Assembly (NCBI GenBank): GCA_963722385.1
Contig: CAVRKK010000002.1
Coordinates: 1 to 64,000, forward strand
DNA length: 64,000 nucleotides
DNA from: an uncultured bacterium
GTDB lineage: Bacteria; Babelota; Babeliae; Babelales; Babelaceae
Direction: 5' to 3'
Notes under the pieces: model-generated
Seen by the model: only the letters and a program-made list of their open reading frames with translations
Databases searched by the model: none
Told to the model about the DNA's origin: nothing
Shown: positions 9,791 to 19,918 of the stretch, piece after piece
Position numbering within the stretch: position 1 is the stretch's first letter
Layout of the letters: each line of letters starts with the position of its first letter
Position numbers and translations under genes: made by a program

Positions 9791-10992
9791 TAGACAATCC
9801 CTTCCACTTTCATGAGGGTGGTACCTGGATAATAAAAGCGCAAAATACGCCTGCAGTTCCAGTCTCTTTCTGCCATGCCTTGGGCGCCCCATTGACAAAA
9901 TCCGAACTGGTGGCCATAACCAGAGCCCTGAAAGAATATTTTATGGTGCCGTTTGGTTATGGAAAAAGTACAGCTTTTAATCCCCTTGACCCGTTGGCTG
10001 AATTTTTGAGCAGAGAGCGTTATCCAGTGGTTGTTCATCTTGACATCAATAGATTGCACGGCGCCAGCTTTATCGCGCTCACCAATTTTTATATCAGTAA
10101 GCGGTCCTTGCAGCTTGAGCCATGGCTCAAGCCTTTGGGCCAAATCGTCAAAATCGTAATCACATGACCATTTGTAGAGCTTACATTTTTGACAATAGGT
10201 ACATGCATACCCACGAGCTAAGTAAGGTGCTTTTTCAAAGTCCATGCCGCAACGATAGCCAGGAATGCTACCCCCGCAGCAGGCATCATAAAGGGCAATA
10301 ATAGGCTCAACTACGGTGCCCTTACTATGGGTCAATATAAGCCCCGCTGTTGATTTAACAGCATCGTGAATGCATGCACATGCGTGATGCCCTTTATAGA
10401 CCTGATGGACATTGGTGCAGCGGATATCATATCCCTCATCCCTTTTTTTCTTTTTAGCTTGGGCTCGCGTCCTCTGTATCGTCCAGACAGCATAGGTGCG
10501 GTAGGTAATCGCGCCAGCCTCTAAAGCCGCCTTTTTCCATCGGGGAAGCATTTCCCAGCGAACGCCAGAAGCAACGTAATCTTCGAGCTCAATGCGATTT
10601 ACCAATTGGGCCTTGCCGTCCTTTTTGCGAACAAAAAAGCTGCCTTTATACTCATTTTGTCCATAGGCAATATGACCCTGGGCGGTATCAATTTTCAGCC
10701 AATCAGTGGTAATCCTTTTCCCGTTAAGCGTAAGCGATGAGCTACATCCTATAATAAGCTTATTTTCTTTGATGAAATGCTGGCGCTTTGGGTCATTACC
10801 ATCGGATAGCAAAAAACCATGAGCATTCTTGAGTACCCAAAGCTCGCCGTCAGCAGCTTTCTCGTCTAAGAGGACGCGTACGTGAAGCGGGGTCTTTTTT
10901 CTCGTAACGCGTGAGCTTGCAAACAATGAGGCTAAAAGTGGGGAAGGCAAGCTTCCCAGTATGAATGCGCTGAACAGTAACGTATATTTCAT
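9790..10992 (-). CDS. SpoIID/LytB domain protein (lytic transglycosylase-like)
   Basis: VNRIELEDYV, HQVYKG, GSGYGHQFGFCQWGA...ILRFYYPG. Confidence 0.9.
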   Translation of the reverse strand: MKYTLLFSAFILGSLPSPLLASLFASSRVTRKKTPLHVRVLLDEKAADGELWVLKNAHGFLLSDGNDPKRQHFIKENKLIIGCSSSLTLNGKRITTDWLKIDTAQGHIAYGQNEYKGSFFVRKKDGKAQLVNRIELEDYVASGVRWEMLPRWKKAALEAGAITYRTYAVWTIQRTRAQAKKKKRDEGYDIRCTNVHQVYKGHHACACIHDAVKSTAGLILTHSKGTVVEPIIALYDACCGGSIPGYRCGMDFEKAPYLARGYACTYCQKCKLYKWSCDYDFDDLAQRLEPWLKLQGPLTDIKIGERDKAGAVQSIDVKMNNHWITLSAQKFSQRVKGIKSCTFSITKRHHKIFFQGSGYGHQFGFCQWGAQGMAERDWNCRRILRFYYPGTTLMKVEGIV

Positions 10993-11453
10993 GAATTTTC
11001 ATATCGCTCGCAAAATTGTTCAAATTTGCCCGGTGGCTCCGTTTGCCGGTTAATACCCAGATTAGCGAGCTTATCGGCAGCAGCATTATTGTACCTCAGA
11101 ATGTGCTCGAGTACATAATTTTTTTTAAAAAGAAAATTTTTGGCACAGGTATAAAGCGGCACGAGTGATGCCTCTTTTATCTTATATATGCCATTAAGCT
11201 GTCGGACTAAAAGCTGAGAGTCAGAAAAAACGCAAATCAGGTCATCTTTTGCGAGAAGGGGCTCAAGTAAGAACAAACCAAGCAAAAGCGCCAAGTACTC
11301 GGCCTGGTTATTGGTCTTAGTTCCAAGAAAGTATCCCTGCTGCAAGAATGGCTCACCATTTTTGAGCAAATAGATACCAGCGCCAGATGGCCCTGGGTTA
11401 TTGCGCGAAGCGCCGTCTATAAAAAGGGACCATTCTGTTGTCTGCTTCATCAC
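10989..11453 (-). CDS. rnhA: Ribonuclease HI
   Basis: FIDGASRNNPG, TNNQAEY, DSQL, NAAADKLAN. Confidence 0.92.
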   Translation of the reverse strand: MMKQTTEWSLFIDGASRNNPGPSGAGIYLLKNGEPFLQQGYFLGTKTNNQAEYLALLLGLFLLEPLLAKDDLICVFSDSQLLVRQLNGIYKIKEASLVPLYTCAKNFLFKKNYVLEHILRYNNAAADKLANLGINRQTEPPGKFEQFCERYENS

Positions 11454-11459
11454 CCTTTT

Positions 11460-12170
11460 TCAAGCTCCTGATAGAGGCAGGTATAATTTACGGAAGCATT
11501 CACTGCATGTTACTAAAATGTGGCGACGAAGCATGGCTAAGTCGTGTACGGTGATTTGGCTATAGCAGGCACTGCAGTGATTTTCGATAACCGGTACTAC
11601 GGGGTTAGGGACAGACTCTTTTGATCGGCGAAACTCTTGCATATACTCAGCTGGGGCTTCTTCCTCGTAGTGCACTTGCTGCTGCTTGAGCAGTTCATCC
11701 TCGCGCTGAAGGCGCTCGCCCAGTTCCCTCTTTTGTACAATCGCCTGCTCCTGGGCAAGTAACCATTCTTTAAATTCATGGTATTGCTTATCGTAATCAA
11801 GCTGTGCAGCTTCGTAGGCTTGCCACGTTTCGATGAGGAGGTCTTCGTTAGCTGCCCGAGTGCGCGCGAGCTCTTCAAGCTCGCGACTTAATGCGGTATA
11901 TTCTTTAGGGTTGGTAATGCGATCGAGCAATAACGTAATTTCTTGTCCCCGATCTTGCTTGATGCGCCCCTCAACCTCTAGTGAATACATGTGCTTACGC
12001 ATTGACTGGACATTCGCTTTGAGCTTTTCAAGACGCTCTTGTTCTTGATTGATCGAGACAGTAAGTTGTTCAATTTCTTGAGTGAGCAGCTTTTGTTGTT
12101 GCTCATGAGCCATCAAGCTCAGATCAGCCTCGACAAAACGGATAAACTGAGTAAATGGGTCCGTTTTCAT
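11460..12170 (-). CDS. Coiled-coil protein with C4 zinc ribbon (DUF164/zf-RING_7-like)
   Basis: Long coiled coil followed by CSAC...CSEC; typical rnhA neighbour. Confidence 0.85.
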   Translation of the reverse strand: MKTDPFTQFIRFVEADLSLMAHEQQQKLLTQEIEQLTVSINQEQERLEKLKANVQSMRKHMYSLEVEGRIKQDRGQEITLLLDRITNPKEYTALSRELEELARTRAANEDLLIETWQAYEAAQLDYDKQYHEFKEWLLAQEQAIVQKRELGERLQREDELLKQQQVHYEEEAPAEYMQEFRRSKESVPNPVVPVIENHCSACYSQITVHDLAMLRRHILVTCSECFRKLYLPLSGA

Positions 12171-12187
12171 AAAGCTCCGCTATTTTT

Positions 12188-12263
12188 TGGTGGGCCCACC
12201 AGGATTTGAACCTGGGACCTTTCGGTTATGAGCCGACTGCTCTAACCCCTGAGCTATGGGCCC
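12188..12263 (-). tRNA. tRNA with CAT anticodon, most likely tRNA-Ile2 (lysidine)
   Basis: GGGCCCATAGCTCAG...CTCATAA...GGTTCAAATCC...CCA; 1:72 paired, so not the initiator; C4/C5 as in Ile2. Confidence 0.9.
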
Positions 12264-12602
12264 AACTCCAAAGATTGGTATTAGTGTACTGGTTATTTCC
12301 ATTTTTATCAAATCTGGTAAAGCCTGGCTGCTGAGTCGCCTCCCGTCTAACCTCACCAAGGCTACGCGAGGGCTTGCTTGGACGAAAACCTTAAGTACTA
12401 TTATTATTATAAAATTCGCACGGAGAAAACCTAAAAGCATGGTTGGTATAAAAATGTTTTAGAAAAAGAGCTAAAACGGCGCCACTTTTTTATAAGTTAT
12501 ATAAATTTTTTACGAAAGCGTTGTTTTCTAAATTCTAAGTTTGTCATAATAACAAGCGTAGGCCTACAGAAAAGTAAAACCAAATAAACAAAAGGAGACG
12601 CT

Positions 12603-12842
12603 ATGAAGAAGTTAGTCGTAGCAACAGTACTCAGCCTGCTCGCCGTCAGCAATGCATCAGCTTTCTTGGGCGGCCGTTGCAGCCCATGCAGAACACGTCG
12701 AGCCGTTGAAGAATGCGAAGCACGTCCACTCTGCTACAAGATGGTTCGTAAAGAATGTCCAGCAAACAAAGTGTGCAGAACGCAATGCCACTATGTTTGC
12801 CCACCTGATACCATCAGGGAAGAGTGCCCAGACGAAGAGTAA
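12603..12842 (+). CDS. Small secreted cysteine-rich protein
   Basis: AAGGAG RBS, signal peptide ending ASA, 9 Cys in about 59 mature residues, own terminator. Confidence 0.8.
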   Translation: MKKLVVATVLSLLAVSNASAFLGGRCSPCRTRRAVEECEARPLCYKMVRKECPANKVCRTQCHYVCPPDTIREECPDEE

Positions 12843-12859
12843 GCTCTTATTAACAAGAG

Positions 12860-12891
12860 AAAAAAGGGATGCGATAGCGCATCCCTTTTTT
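12860..12891. terminator. Bidirectional intrinsic terminator
   Basis: A6-GGGATGCG-ATAG-CGCATCCC-T6 between convergent genes. Confidence 0.85.
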
Positions 12892-12900
12892 ATTGCTCGA

Positions 12901-13170
12901 TTAAGCAGCGGGCTTAGCTGCAACTTTTTTGGCCAGCCGAGACAGCTTACGCGATGCGGCATTGGCGTGAATGAGCCCCTTGCTCTTTGCTCTTCCAAGT
13001 TTTGAGGCAACATCTCTAAAAAGAGTATCGATCTGAGCGGTTTGGCCACCATCAACAGAGGCGATAAGCTTTTTAATAGCCGTCTTAAGGGCTGATCGAC
13101 GTGCAGCATTGCGCAACCGATTCTTTTCATTCTTGCGCGCATTTTTTTTGGCTGAAGCAGAATTTGCCAT
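12901..13170 (-). CDS. rpsT: 30S ribosomal protein S20
   Basis: MANSASAKKNAR...KGLIHANAASRKLSRL. Confidence 0.97.
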   Translation of the reverse strand: MANSASAKKNARKNEKNRLRNAARRSALKTAIKKLIASVDGGQTAQIDTLFRDVASKLGRAKSKGLIHANAASRKLSRLAKKVAAKPAA

Positions 13171-13197
13171 ACGTAATATCCTTACTTTAATAAGATC

Positions 13198-13401
13198 CTA
13201 TACGACCTTTTCAATCTTTTTTGCCTTAACACACTTTGTACAAACATTTCCCGCATGCACTTTGCGTATGGGCGCATTGGCCAGCACAAATCGAATCCTG
13301 TGTACATTGGGATATACCCACTTTTTCACACGGTTATTGGCATGGCTCACAATATTGCCAACCTGGGGCCCCTTGTTACAAACACAACAGATGCGTGACA
13401 T
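13198..13401 (-). CDS. rpmB: 50S ribosomal protein L28
   Basis: MSRICCVCNKGPQVGNIVSHANN...PNV...CTKC. Confidence 0.97.
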   Translation of the reverse strand: MSRICCVCNKGPQVGNIVSHANNRVKKWVYPNVHRIRFVLANAPIRKVHAGNVCTKCVKAKKIEKVV

Positions 13402-13431
13402 ATGATTTATCCTTCATTTTTTAAGCACACG

Positions 13432-16086
13432 TTAATTTAACCGAACTTCAACGCGCGGTGGGATATTAAGCGCTTCGTAAATATCCTGTGCATGTACTGT
13501 TTCTTTTTCAAGCAGCAATTGAGCAAGCTTATCCAACTTATCCCGGTGCTGGACCAGCAATTCTTTCGCTTTATCATAGCATTTCTGCAATATTGAGCGA
13601 ACTTCCTCATCAATTTTGCCAGCAGTTTCCTGAGAATACTCCGGCTTACCATAAGCAGACTCCTGGTAGATGACTGGTCCAAGCGTATCGCTCATGCCAT
13701 AAACACATATCATTTGGCGAGCCATATTGGTAGCAACCTTAAAGTCGCTTGCCGCTCCTGTGGATAGCGTATTAAAAACAAGCTCTTCAGCCACACGACC
13801 TCCCAAAGCTGACATAATCGAAGCCAATATTTCTTCTCTGGTGGAGGTATACTTGTCACGGTCAGGAAGCCAGTGAGTTGAGCCAAGCGACATACCTCGA
13901 GGAATAATCGTTACCTTAAAAAGCGGGTCGGTAACGTCGGGTAATAACAACCGAACCAGCGCATGTCCAGCCTCATGAAATGCCGTCATCTGAAGCTCTT
14001 TAGGCGTAAATATTATCGAACGCACCTCTTTACCCATAATAATTTTATCGCGTGCCTCATCTATATCACCCATAAGAACCTTGTCTTGATTTTTTTTCGA
14101 AGCCGCCAGTGCTGCTTCATTAATCAAGTTAGCTAAATCGGCACCAGAAAAGCCCGGCGTCCCCCTTGCTATTTTATTAAGATTAATATCCGAAGCCAGC
14201 TTAATACGGCGTGCATGTACTTGCAAAATTTCTTCACGGCAAACGATATCAGGAAACGGAACAACTACTTTACGATCAAATCGCCCCGGCCGTAAAAGTG
14301 CGCTGTCCAACATATCAACGCGGTTGGTTGCCGCTAAGACAATGACGTCTGACTGCGCCGTATCAAACCCGTCCATCTCAGCCAAAAGCTGGTTGAGAGT
14401 TTGTGAATACTCACCCACGCTTGACCCCTTAAGACGCTGGCCACCTACAGAATCTACCTCGTCGATAAAGACAATGCTCGGAGCATGCTTACGAGCCTGG
14501 GCAAAAAGTTCACGTACTCGCGACGCACCAACACCCACGTAAATCTCAACAAAATCCGAGCCACTCACGCTAAAAAAGGGACACTGCGCTTCACCCGCAA
14601 CAGCACGAGCAAGCAAGGTCTTGCCATTGCCTGGCTCGCCAACCAATAAGACCCCACGCGGTATCTTGGCGCCAAGTTCCTTAAATTTGGCTGGTCGACG
14701 CAAAAATTCAACCACATCAAGCAACTCCTCTTTGGCATCACGCACCCCTGCAACATCCTTAAAGGTCGTCTTGACCTGGGAAGGCATAAAGAGTTTAACA
14801 TGGGCTGCACCGCGTGTTTGCAATGCTCCCGTCGCGTTATTGGTCTCCTGAGACTTAAATATTTTAAGCCGGGCCTCCTCAATGTCACTAGCCATAATAG
14901 CATCATGGCCCTTTTTAGAAGCAATCAAGGCAGCCTGGTTAATAAGATTTGCAAGCTCGGCACCACTAAAGCCAGCAGTTTCCTGGGCTAGCCCTTTGAT
15001 ATCCACCGTCGGTGCCAATTTGGTATCGCGTACGTGAATCTTAATAATAGCTTCGCGGCTTGCTAAATCAGGGAAAGGAACATTAATCCGATGATCAAAT
15101 CGGCCAGGCCTCAAAAGCGCCTTATCAAGCACGTCAGGTATGTTAGTTGCTGCTAATATCACCAAAGGCACGTTTTGGCTTTCAAAGCCATCCATTTCGG
15201 TCAAAAGCTGATTAAGCGTTTGTTCCCGTTCATCATTCCCGCCGCCTAAGCCAGTACCACGCTGACGACCAATAGCGTCGATTTCATCGATAAATATGAT
15301 GCTTGGCGCATGCTTACGCGCTTGGGCAAATAAGTCACGAATACGTGCTGCACCAACACCCACAAATACCTCAACAAAATCTGATCCGCTCACCATAAAA
15401 AATGGGCAATGCGCTTCCCCAGCAACTGCTTTTGCAAGCAAAGTTTTGCCATTACCGGGCTCACCTACAAGAAGAACGCCCCGAGGAAGCTTTGCTCCGA
15501 GGCGCTTAAACTTGTCAGGATGCTTAAGTAATTCTACAATATCAGCAAGCTCTTGCTTAGCCTCTTGAGCACCTGCTACCGAGGAAAAATTAACTTTTAC
15601 CTGCGTTGGCAAAATCATTTTAGCGCGGCTCTTGCCCATGTTAAAAATTGTGCTCCCTGAACTTCCTGAATTACGAGATTGACGAACCAAAAACCACACA
15701 AGAGCAGCAAAAAAAAGTAAACCACAAATGGCAAACCAGTACCATCCCAAAGCAACACTACTTTGCTCAGATAAGGTAACTTCAACATGATGCTTATTGA
15801 ATAAATCCCATTGCTGGGGGTTATTTTCCGGTATTACCACCTCAAACCGCGTTTTGCCATCACGCAACCATCCATATGCACGCTGCCCCGCTACGTGAAC
15901 CGATTTTACCTTGTTAAGCTCAATATTTTTGAGAAAGGTGGAATAGCTCATCGGCTGAGTAACCCGCGAGTATTCAGTCAGCATAAGTAAGATTCCAAGG
16001 CCAAGCAGCGCCGCCATGAGTAAGAAGATGAACTGACGCGGTCCCGCCCGAAATTGCTTAAAGTACATTTTTTGTTTCATGAGCAT
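13432..16086 (-). CDS. ftsH: FtsH ATP-dependent zinc metalloprotease with two tandem AAA+ domains
   Basis: Two TMs; two [21 protein letters not shown] sets; one HEAGH M41 domain; 884 aa. Confidence 0.93.
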   Translation of the reverse strand: MLMKQKMYFKQFRAGPRQFIFLLMAALLGLGILLMLTEYSRVTQPMSYSTFLKNIELNKVKSVHVAGQRAYGWLRDGKTRFEVVIPENNPQQWDLFNKHHVEVTLSEQSSVALGWYWFAICGLLFFAALVWFLVRQSRNSGSSGSTIFNMGKSRAKMILPTQVKVNFSSVAGAQEAKQELADIVELLKHPDKFKRLGAKLPRGVLLVGEPGNGKTLLAKAVAGEAHCPFFMVSGSDFVEVFVGVGAARIRDLFAQARKHAPSIIFIDEIDAIGRQRGTGLGGGNDEREQTLNQLLTEMDGFESQNVPLVILAATNIPDVLDKALLRPGRFDHRINVPFPDLASREAIIKIHVRDTKLAPTVDIKGLAQETAGFSGAELANLINQAALIASKKGHDAIMASDIEEARLKIFKSQETNNATGALQTRGAAHVKLFMPSQVKTTFKDVAGVRDAKEELLDVVEFLRRPAKFKELGAKIPRGVLLVGEPGNGKTLLARAVAGEAQCPFFSVSGSDFVEIYVGVGASRVRELFAQARKHAPSIVFIDEVDSVGGQRLKGSSVGEYSQTLNQLLAEMDGFDTAQSDVIVLAATNRVDMLDSALLRPGRFDRKVVVPFPDIVCREEILQVHARRIKLASDINLNKIARGTPGFSGADLANLINEAALAASKKNQDKVLMGDIDEARDKIIMGKEVRSIIFTPKELQMTAFHEAGHALVRLLLPDVTDPLFKVTIIPRGMSLGSTHWLPDRDKYTSTREEILASIMSALGGRVAEELVFNTLSTGAASDFKVATNMARQMICVYGMSDTLGPVIYQESAYGKPEYSQETAGKIDEEVRSILQKCYDKAKELLVQHRDKLDKLAQLLLEKETVHAQDIYEALNIPPRVEVRLN

Positions 16087-16285
16087 CCACTTATTAAAAA
16101 GCTATACTACTAATTATTAAACACTAGTATACCTGAAACTATTGTTTTGTCGACGTGTCTATCTGAGAAAGCATAAAGTGTTCAACATACCAATAACAAG
16201 TCACCAGGAACATCTTCACGCGCCTCAATCAATATTATAAAATTAATTATACCAAAATATCAAATAAATATACAGCTATAGTAAT

Positions 16286-17653
16286 TTATAAAGGCATATG
16301 GGTCAATGGCGGCGACCAAGCAGGATAACGACAATTATCCTTACTTGACGTTACAAACGTCATATAATGAGTCTTAATGTTGAGAATCGCTATACGACTT
16401 TTGCCTTTGTCTTCGACACAAAATGCGAGCCAGGTCCCACAGGTCGACCAGGCTGGGTCAGTCTTATCAGATCGATCAAACGTTAGCTGCTCGTGGGTCT
16501 TGGTCTTCCGATTATAGAGAAATAGTTGCATATCACCTTTTACGCGCCTTGAAAAGGCAATTTTGTTGCTTCGCTCATGGCATGCCGGGCCAACATTATA
16601 TCCCTCACTTATAAGCGTTTCACGCGCACAATTGTGCGAATTATAGCACTTGATCTTCCCCTGGGAGCAATAAATAATATCCCCATTAGAGAGGATCGTT
16701 GGAGAGGCGCACGCATCTGGCTCTTTGATAAGTAGAGTATGCGTTGCCTTGCCGGCTACTGGATCATAATGATATCGCCAAATACCTCCGGACCGCCCAT
16801 AAATAATATCAGCGCCATTTGGTTGGAACGAAACCCCAGCAGTCGTCCCATCAAGATCGAGAATAATGCGGCGGTTTCCATATAAATCGACCGAAATAAG
16901 TCGGACGTTGGCGTCGGTAAACTCTGAGCAAACTAAATACGGGCTTGTTTGAGCCAAGCTCCAATAAGGGGCAACGGTAATGCGGTTATTGCTCAGCAGG
17001 ATGCGCTCATTATCACCGGCAACACTCCCAACACACAGTTGGCTTATCGATCCAAGTCGCGTATGGGGAACCTTCTTGATATAGCAGAGCCGGCTTAAAA
17101 ATGGGCCGGCGCACCCCATAAGCTCAGCCCACATATCATGCGCCAGCATGTGGGCCCAATCTTCAGGATTCCTACCTATCTTAAAGCATCGCTTTCCTCG
17201 TTCCATAGATGCCTGCGTTGTATTATAGAGCCGCCACTCAAAAGCTTTATTATCATCGGTGCTATTAATAAAAAATGCTAACACATAGCCCCGGTTATAT
17301 AACTCAGTAATCTCGTTTTTAGTCTTAGGCAAGCCTTTATGTTCCAACGTCACCGAAAACTGTCTGCCCAACTCAAGATCGGCCTTAAGAAAGGGCATCA
17401 TCAGCATAAGATCTTGGTCTTCACCGTTCAAAATGCCCATGAACAGCTTCATGCGCTTTGTCTGGTCTCCCTTCTTTGCAGGGTTATCAATGGTAATTGA
17501 TATAACCTCGGCAGGTTTAAAGAGCGCTAAGCATCCACCCGACACCGTCGCTATCATTATACCTACTATGCTGAACCACTGCATGATGCCTCGCTTATTG
17601 CTATTTAAAAGTAAGATTAAATTTTCTGCCATGCGATTTCCCCGATTGTACAA
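16286..17653 (-). CDS. tolB: TolB-like periplasmic beta-propeller protein (likely start 17584)
   Basis: TolB N-domain-like AHMLAHDMWAELMG plus PD40 repeats (PAWS); last gene of the tolQRA cluster. Confidence 0.75.
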   Translation of the reverse strand: MYNRGNRMAENLILLLNSNKRGIMQWFSIVGIMIATVSGGCLALFKPAEVISITIDNPAKKGDQTKRMKLFMGILNGEDQDLMLMMPFLKADLELGRQFSVTLEHKGLPKTKNEITELYNRGYVLAFFINSTDDNKAFEWRLYNTTQASMERGKRCFKIGRNPEDWAHMLAHDMWAELMGCAGPFLSRLCYIKKVPHTRLGSISQLCVGSVAGDNERILLSNNRITVAPYWSLAQTSPYLVCSEFTDANVRLISVDLYGNRRIILDLDGTTAGVSFQPNGADIIYGRSGGIWRYHYDPVAGKATHTLLIKEPDACASPTILSNGDIIYCSQGKIKCYNSHNCARETLISEGYNVGPACHERSNKIAFSRRVKGDMQLFLYNRKTKTHEQLTFDRSDKTDPAWSTCGTWLAFCVEDKGKSRIAILNIKTHYMTFVTSSKDNCRYPAWSPPLTHMPL

Positions 17654-18707
17654 TAAATCGAGCGATACTCATCGCTTGCTGGTTTTTAGCAGCAGCATAG
17701 GACTTCGTTACAAACTGCGGCTCGTGTGCAACCTTATTCCCTGGCTCCACGCTAATAATAACCGGTCCCGCTTCTTCCCAGCCCGCCAATGGCTCCCATG
17801 CTTGCTTGATTGTTTCGTAGATATCATGAGTAATCGCATAGTCGGCATCCGCTGGCGTTATCCCTTGTGATGGAATTACGTCGGTAAATTCCACTTGAAC
17901 CAGATTCTCCGCCTCGCTCAAGGGTTCCCGGCCAGGCTTGGCAAACTTTAAATCCCCTTTCTTTTGAACTACCAGCATGTTATGAGTTATTGGCTTTTTT
18001 TCAACATGTCTGGGTACTTCTTTTTTTGCTCCTTTGGCCCCAGCAGATTTTTTTGACACGGGCTTGGTGGATACTCGTGGTGTTTGTTTTTTAGGAGAAT
18101 CCTCGACTGGCAAGGATTTCTGCGTTGGCTCTTTTGCGATCTTTTTAGGGACGACCTTTTGTATTTTCTGAGGCGAAGCCTTTTTTGTTGGCTCGTTCTT
18201 CTTGGCCGCTTTAGGAACACTCTTAATTACAGCTATTTTCTGCTCCTTGATTACCGGTTCAGTTTGAGGTGGTACGCAGGGTGCGATATCAAAATGGGGA
18301 GGTACCGATGACGCTACAGGAAAGATTTCCCATTGAGCAAATAACGATACGAGCTCTTCAGGCAAAAGATTATCAAGTACCACCGGCCCTTTCGCTGGCG
18401 GCTCCAGCACTTGCTTTTTTGAGCTTTCAAGCGCTGGTTTTGGCTTCGCCAGCTCCTGCGCTTGCTTGATCGGTAGCTTTTCTTCAATAGCTACATCTTG
18501 ATTCACATAAGGAATTGCTGGCGCGCTCATTTCTCTTTTAAATATAAGCGGTAAAACGTGAGGTCGGTCCAAGGAAAAAAAGCAAACCAAGCATATAATC
18601 AGCACATGTATGCCGAGAGAGCACGCAAAAGAAAAAAAAAGGTGGTTATAATCGACTCGATTACCAGAAAACAATTTTGACACCATGTATCTGCCTGATA
18701 ATATCAA
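17601..18707 (-). CDS. TolA/TonB-like energy transducer
   Basis: SLGIH TM anchor, Pro/Lys-rich linker, TonB-C-like end; operon context. Confidence 0.65.
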   Translation of the reverse strand: MILSGRYMVSKLFSGNRVDYNHLFFSFACSLGIHVLIICLVCFFSLDRPHVLPLIFKREMSAPAIPYVNQDVAIEEKLPIKQAQELAKPKPALESSKKQVLEPPAKGPVVLDNLLPEELVSLFAQWEIFPVASSVPPHFDIAPCVPPQTEPVIKEQKIAVIKSVPKAAKKNEPTKKASPQKIQKVVPKKIAKEPTQKSLPVEDSPKKQTPRVSTKPVSKKSAGAKGAKKEVPRHVEKKPITHNMLVVQKKGDLKFAKPGREPLSEAENLVQVEFTDVIPSQGITPADADYAITHDIYETIKQAWEPLAGWEEAGPVIISVEPGNKVAHEPQFVTKSYAAAKNQQAMSIARFIVQSGKSHGRKFNLTFK

Positions 18708-19092
18708 TCACGTGGTGAATGAGCGATGAAGGGCTCGCGGATTCGGTCTGAATCCGGACGGTTGCTATAGGCGACTTTCCAATACCTTGCATGATCCCCT
18801 GCCTTAAATGAGCCTCAGTTGTTGGTACGCCATCAATAAAAAGCTTTCCCTGCGCATTAACAGAAACAACCAATGCTGTGTATTGTTGCTTATTAACCGG
18901 TTTATCATTGAGCTCAGGGCCCGTAGCGACAACCGAGGGTACCGTTATTAATTGAATGGGAAGCGATGTTTTGCCAGGAGAAGTAACCATAAAAACGACG
19001 AGCAATACCAAGACTGTATCGATAAACGGCGTAAGCGTAATGTTGGGCAAGTCTAGGGCTTTATTGCGTGTTTTGCGACAAAGGCGTCTCAT
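18661..19092 (-). CDS. ExbD/TolR family protein
   Basis: ITLTPFIDTVLVLLVVFMV motif. Confidence 0.9.
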   Translation of the reverse strand: MRRLCRKTRNKALDLPNITLTPFIDTVLVLLVVFMVTSPGKTSLPIQLITVPSVVATGPELNDKPVNKQQYTALVVSVNAQGKLFIDGVPTTEAHLRQGIMQGIGKSPIATVRIQTESASPSSLIHHVIDIIRQIHGVKIVFW

Positions 19093-19867
19093 GTACTATC
19101 CTTATTCCCTGCGGCAGCGAGGTAGTGGCTTGACTCGCGTTAATAATCCATTCACTTCTATCAGCGATCGCACGTAACGTTTCTTCAAGCTCAGCTATTT
19201 TATGAGTCAACAAGTGATACATTACAAGCGCGGGTATAGCGACAAACAACCCAGTGAATGTAATAATTAATGCTTCAGCGATCCCGGGGGCCACTGTTGG
19301 AATATCGGCAATTTGCTTATCGCTAATTTTATTGAAAGCATGAATTAATCCCCAGACGGTACCAAAGAGACCAAGCAAGGTTCCCGTTTCTGCGCTTAGT
19401 TTCAGCATTGCCATATTGCTTGTCTCATGCTTCATTACTGCCATAAAAGCTTCATCGATACTAAGCGCAAGATATTCCTGCTCATGCTGCATCAGAAAAT
19501 TCCCTGCTTTTTCTTGGTGAGCTTTTGTTTTCCGTACCGCCGTGAGACCGGCATCCAACAAGGCACCCGTAACTGTTGCTTTTAACGCAGTAGCCAAACG
19601 CGTGAGCTCTTCTAATGTTGTTATACTCTGCAGACGTGCAAGCGTAGATTCAGCTTGTGCTTGCTTTGCTGCAAAGCCATACAATTTATATATAAATACC
19701 CACCAGCAACCTACAGACATAGCCATGAGTAACCAAAATAAACTTTGACTCAGCCAATCAGACTGCCAAAGGAGCTTGAGAAAAATATTATTAGTAAGTA
19801 ATGAGGGCATACAATTCTTATCCGCATAAAAAGTCTCAAATAACGTCTTCAATAATACACGATTCAT
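19061..19867 (-). CDS. MotA/TolQ/ExbB proton channel (likely start 19810)
   Basis: LGLFGTVWG...VAPGIAEAL...GLFVAIPA. Confidence 0.92.
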   Translation of the reverse strand: MNRVLLKTLFETFYADKNCMPSLLTNNIFLKLLWQSDWLSQSLFWLLMAMSVGCWWVFIYKLYGFAAKQAQAESTLARLQSITTLEELTRLATALKATVTGALLDAGLTAVRKTKAHQEKAGNFLMQHEQEYLALSIDEAFMAVMKHETSNMAMLKLSAETGTLLGLFGTVWGLIHAFNKISDKQIADIPTVAPGIAEALIITFTGLFVAIPALVMYHLLTHKIAELEETLRAIADRSEWIINASQATTSLPQGIRIVHETPLSQNTQ

Positions 19868-19918
19868 GATAGTAAATCTAGAAAGAAGATGATTTTGTGA
19901 GAAACATACTTTTTTACG

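Noticed and set aside
12180..12440. 86-aa ORF, and similar ORFs at 26507..26710 and 48419..48679
   Set aside because: They overlap tRNA genes and are spurious translations.
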